From Trichoplax sp. H2 (lineage: Eukaryota): a stretch of DNA of 64,000 nt. Below are positions 63,929-64,000 of the stretch, piece after piece; positions within the stretch are counted from its first letter, which is position 1, and every line of letters begins with the position of its first letter. Under the pieces are notes generated by a model. That model was not told where the DNA came from and made no database searches. It saw only the letters and a program-made list of their open reading frames with translations. The stretch spans positions 372,001-436,000 of the forward strand of contig NOWV01000002.1 in NCBI GenBank assembly GCA_003344405.1. Reading direction: 5' to 3'. A program made the translations under genes and the position numbers.

Positions 63929-64000
63929 CTAATCTTCCATAAACACATTCTCAACCTCATCAACGCTGAATTCGCGATTTCGCTTACGCTCTTTACTGGT
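63929..64000 (-). CDS. Possible C-terminal end of a gene extending beyond the window
   Basis: The minus strand reads TSKERKRNREFSVDEVENVFMED* from the window edge. Composition is protein-like, but no family was recognised. Confidence 0.25.
   Translation of the reverse strand, partial: TSKERKRNREFSVDEVENVFMED

Overview
Eukaryotic (animal) genomic DNA. It is AT-rich and compact, with many short GT-AG introns. That architecture suggests an early-branching metazoan such as a placozoan (inference only). Genes reconstructed by hand, in order: two tandem sigma-class GSTs (-), tRNA-Pro(CGG) (-), DDX46/Prp5 (+), an intronless NSMCE2/MMS21 (-) head-to-head with UCP4/SLC25A27 (+), NAF1 (+), TIMM23 (-), an ~11.5 kb apparently gene-free region, TCF/LEF with HMG box and C-clamp (+), and VTI1A (-). 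No CRISPR array, prokaryotic system or intact transposase was seen. Most notable observations: (1) a GTACAGTA/TACTGTAC motif family that clusters upstream of the housekeeping genes, including two perfect 26-32 bp palindromes and a 1.4 kb modular higher-order tandem array abutting the TIMM23 start, but is scarce in the TCF upstream region; (2) TCF directly adjacent to VTI1A, as in human TCF7L2-VTI1A; (3) a paired TCF-site/Helper-site element upstream of TCF itself; (4) a candidate AT-AC (U12-type) alternative intron and a reduced beta-catenin-binding region in TCF.
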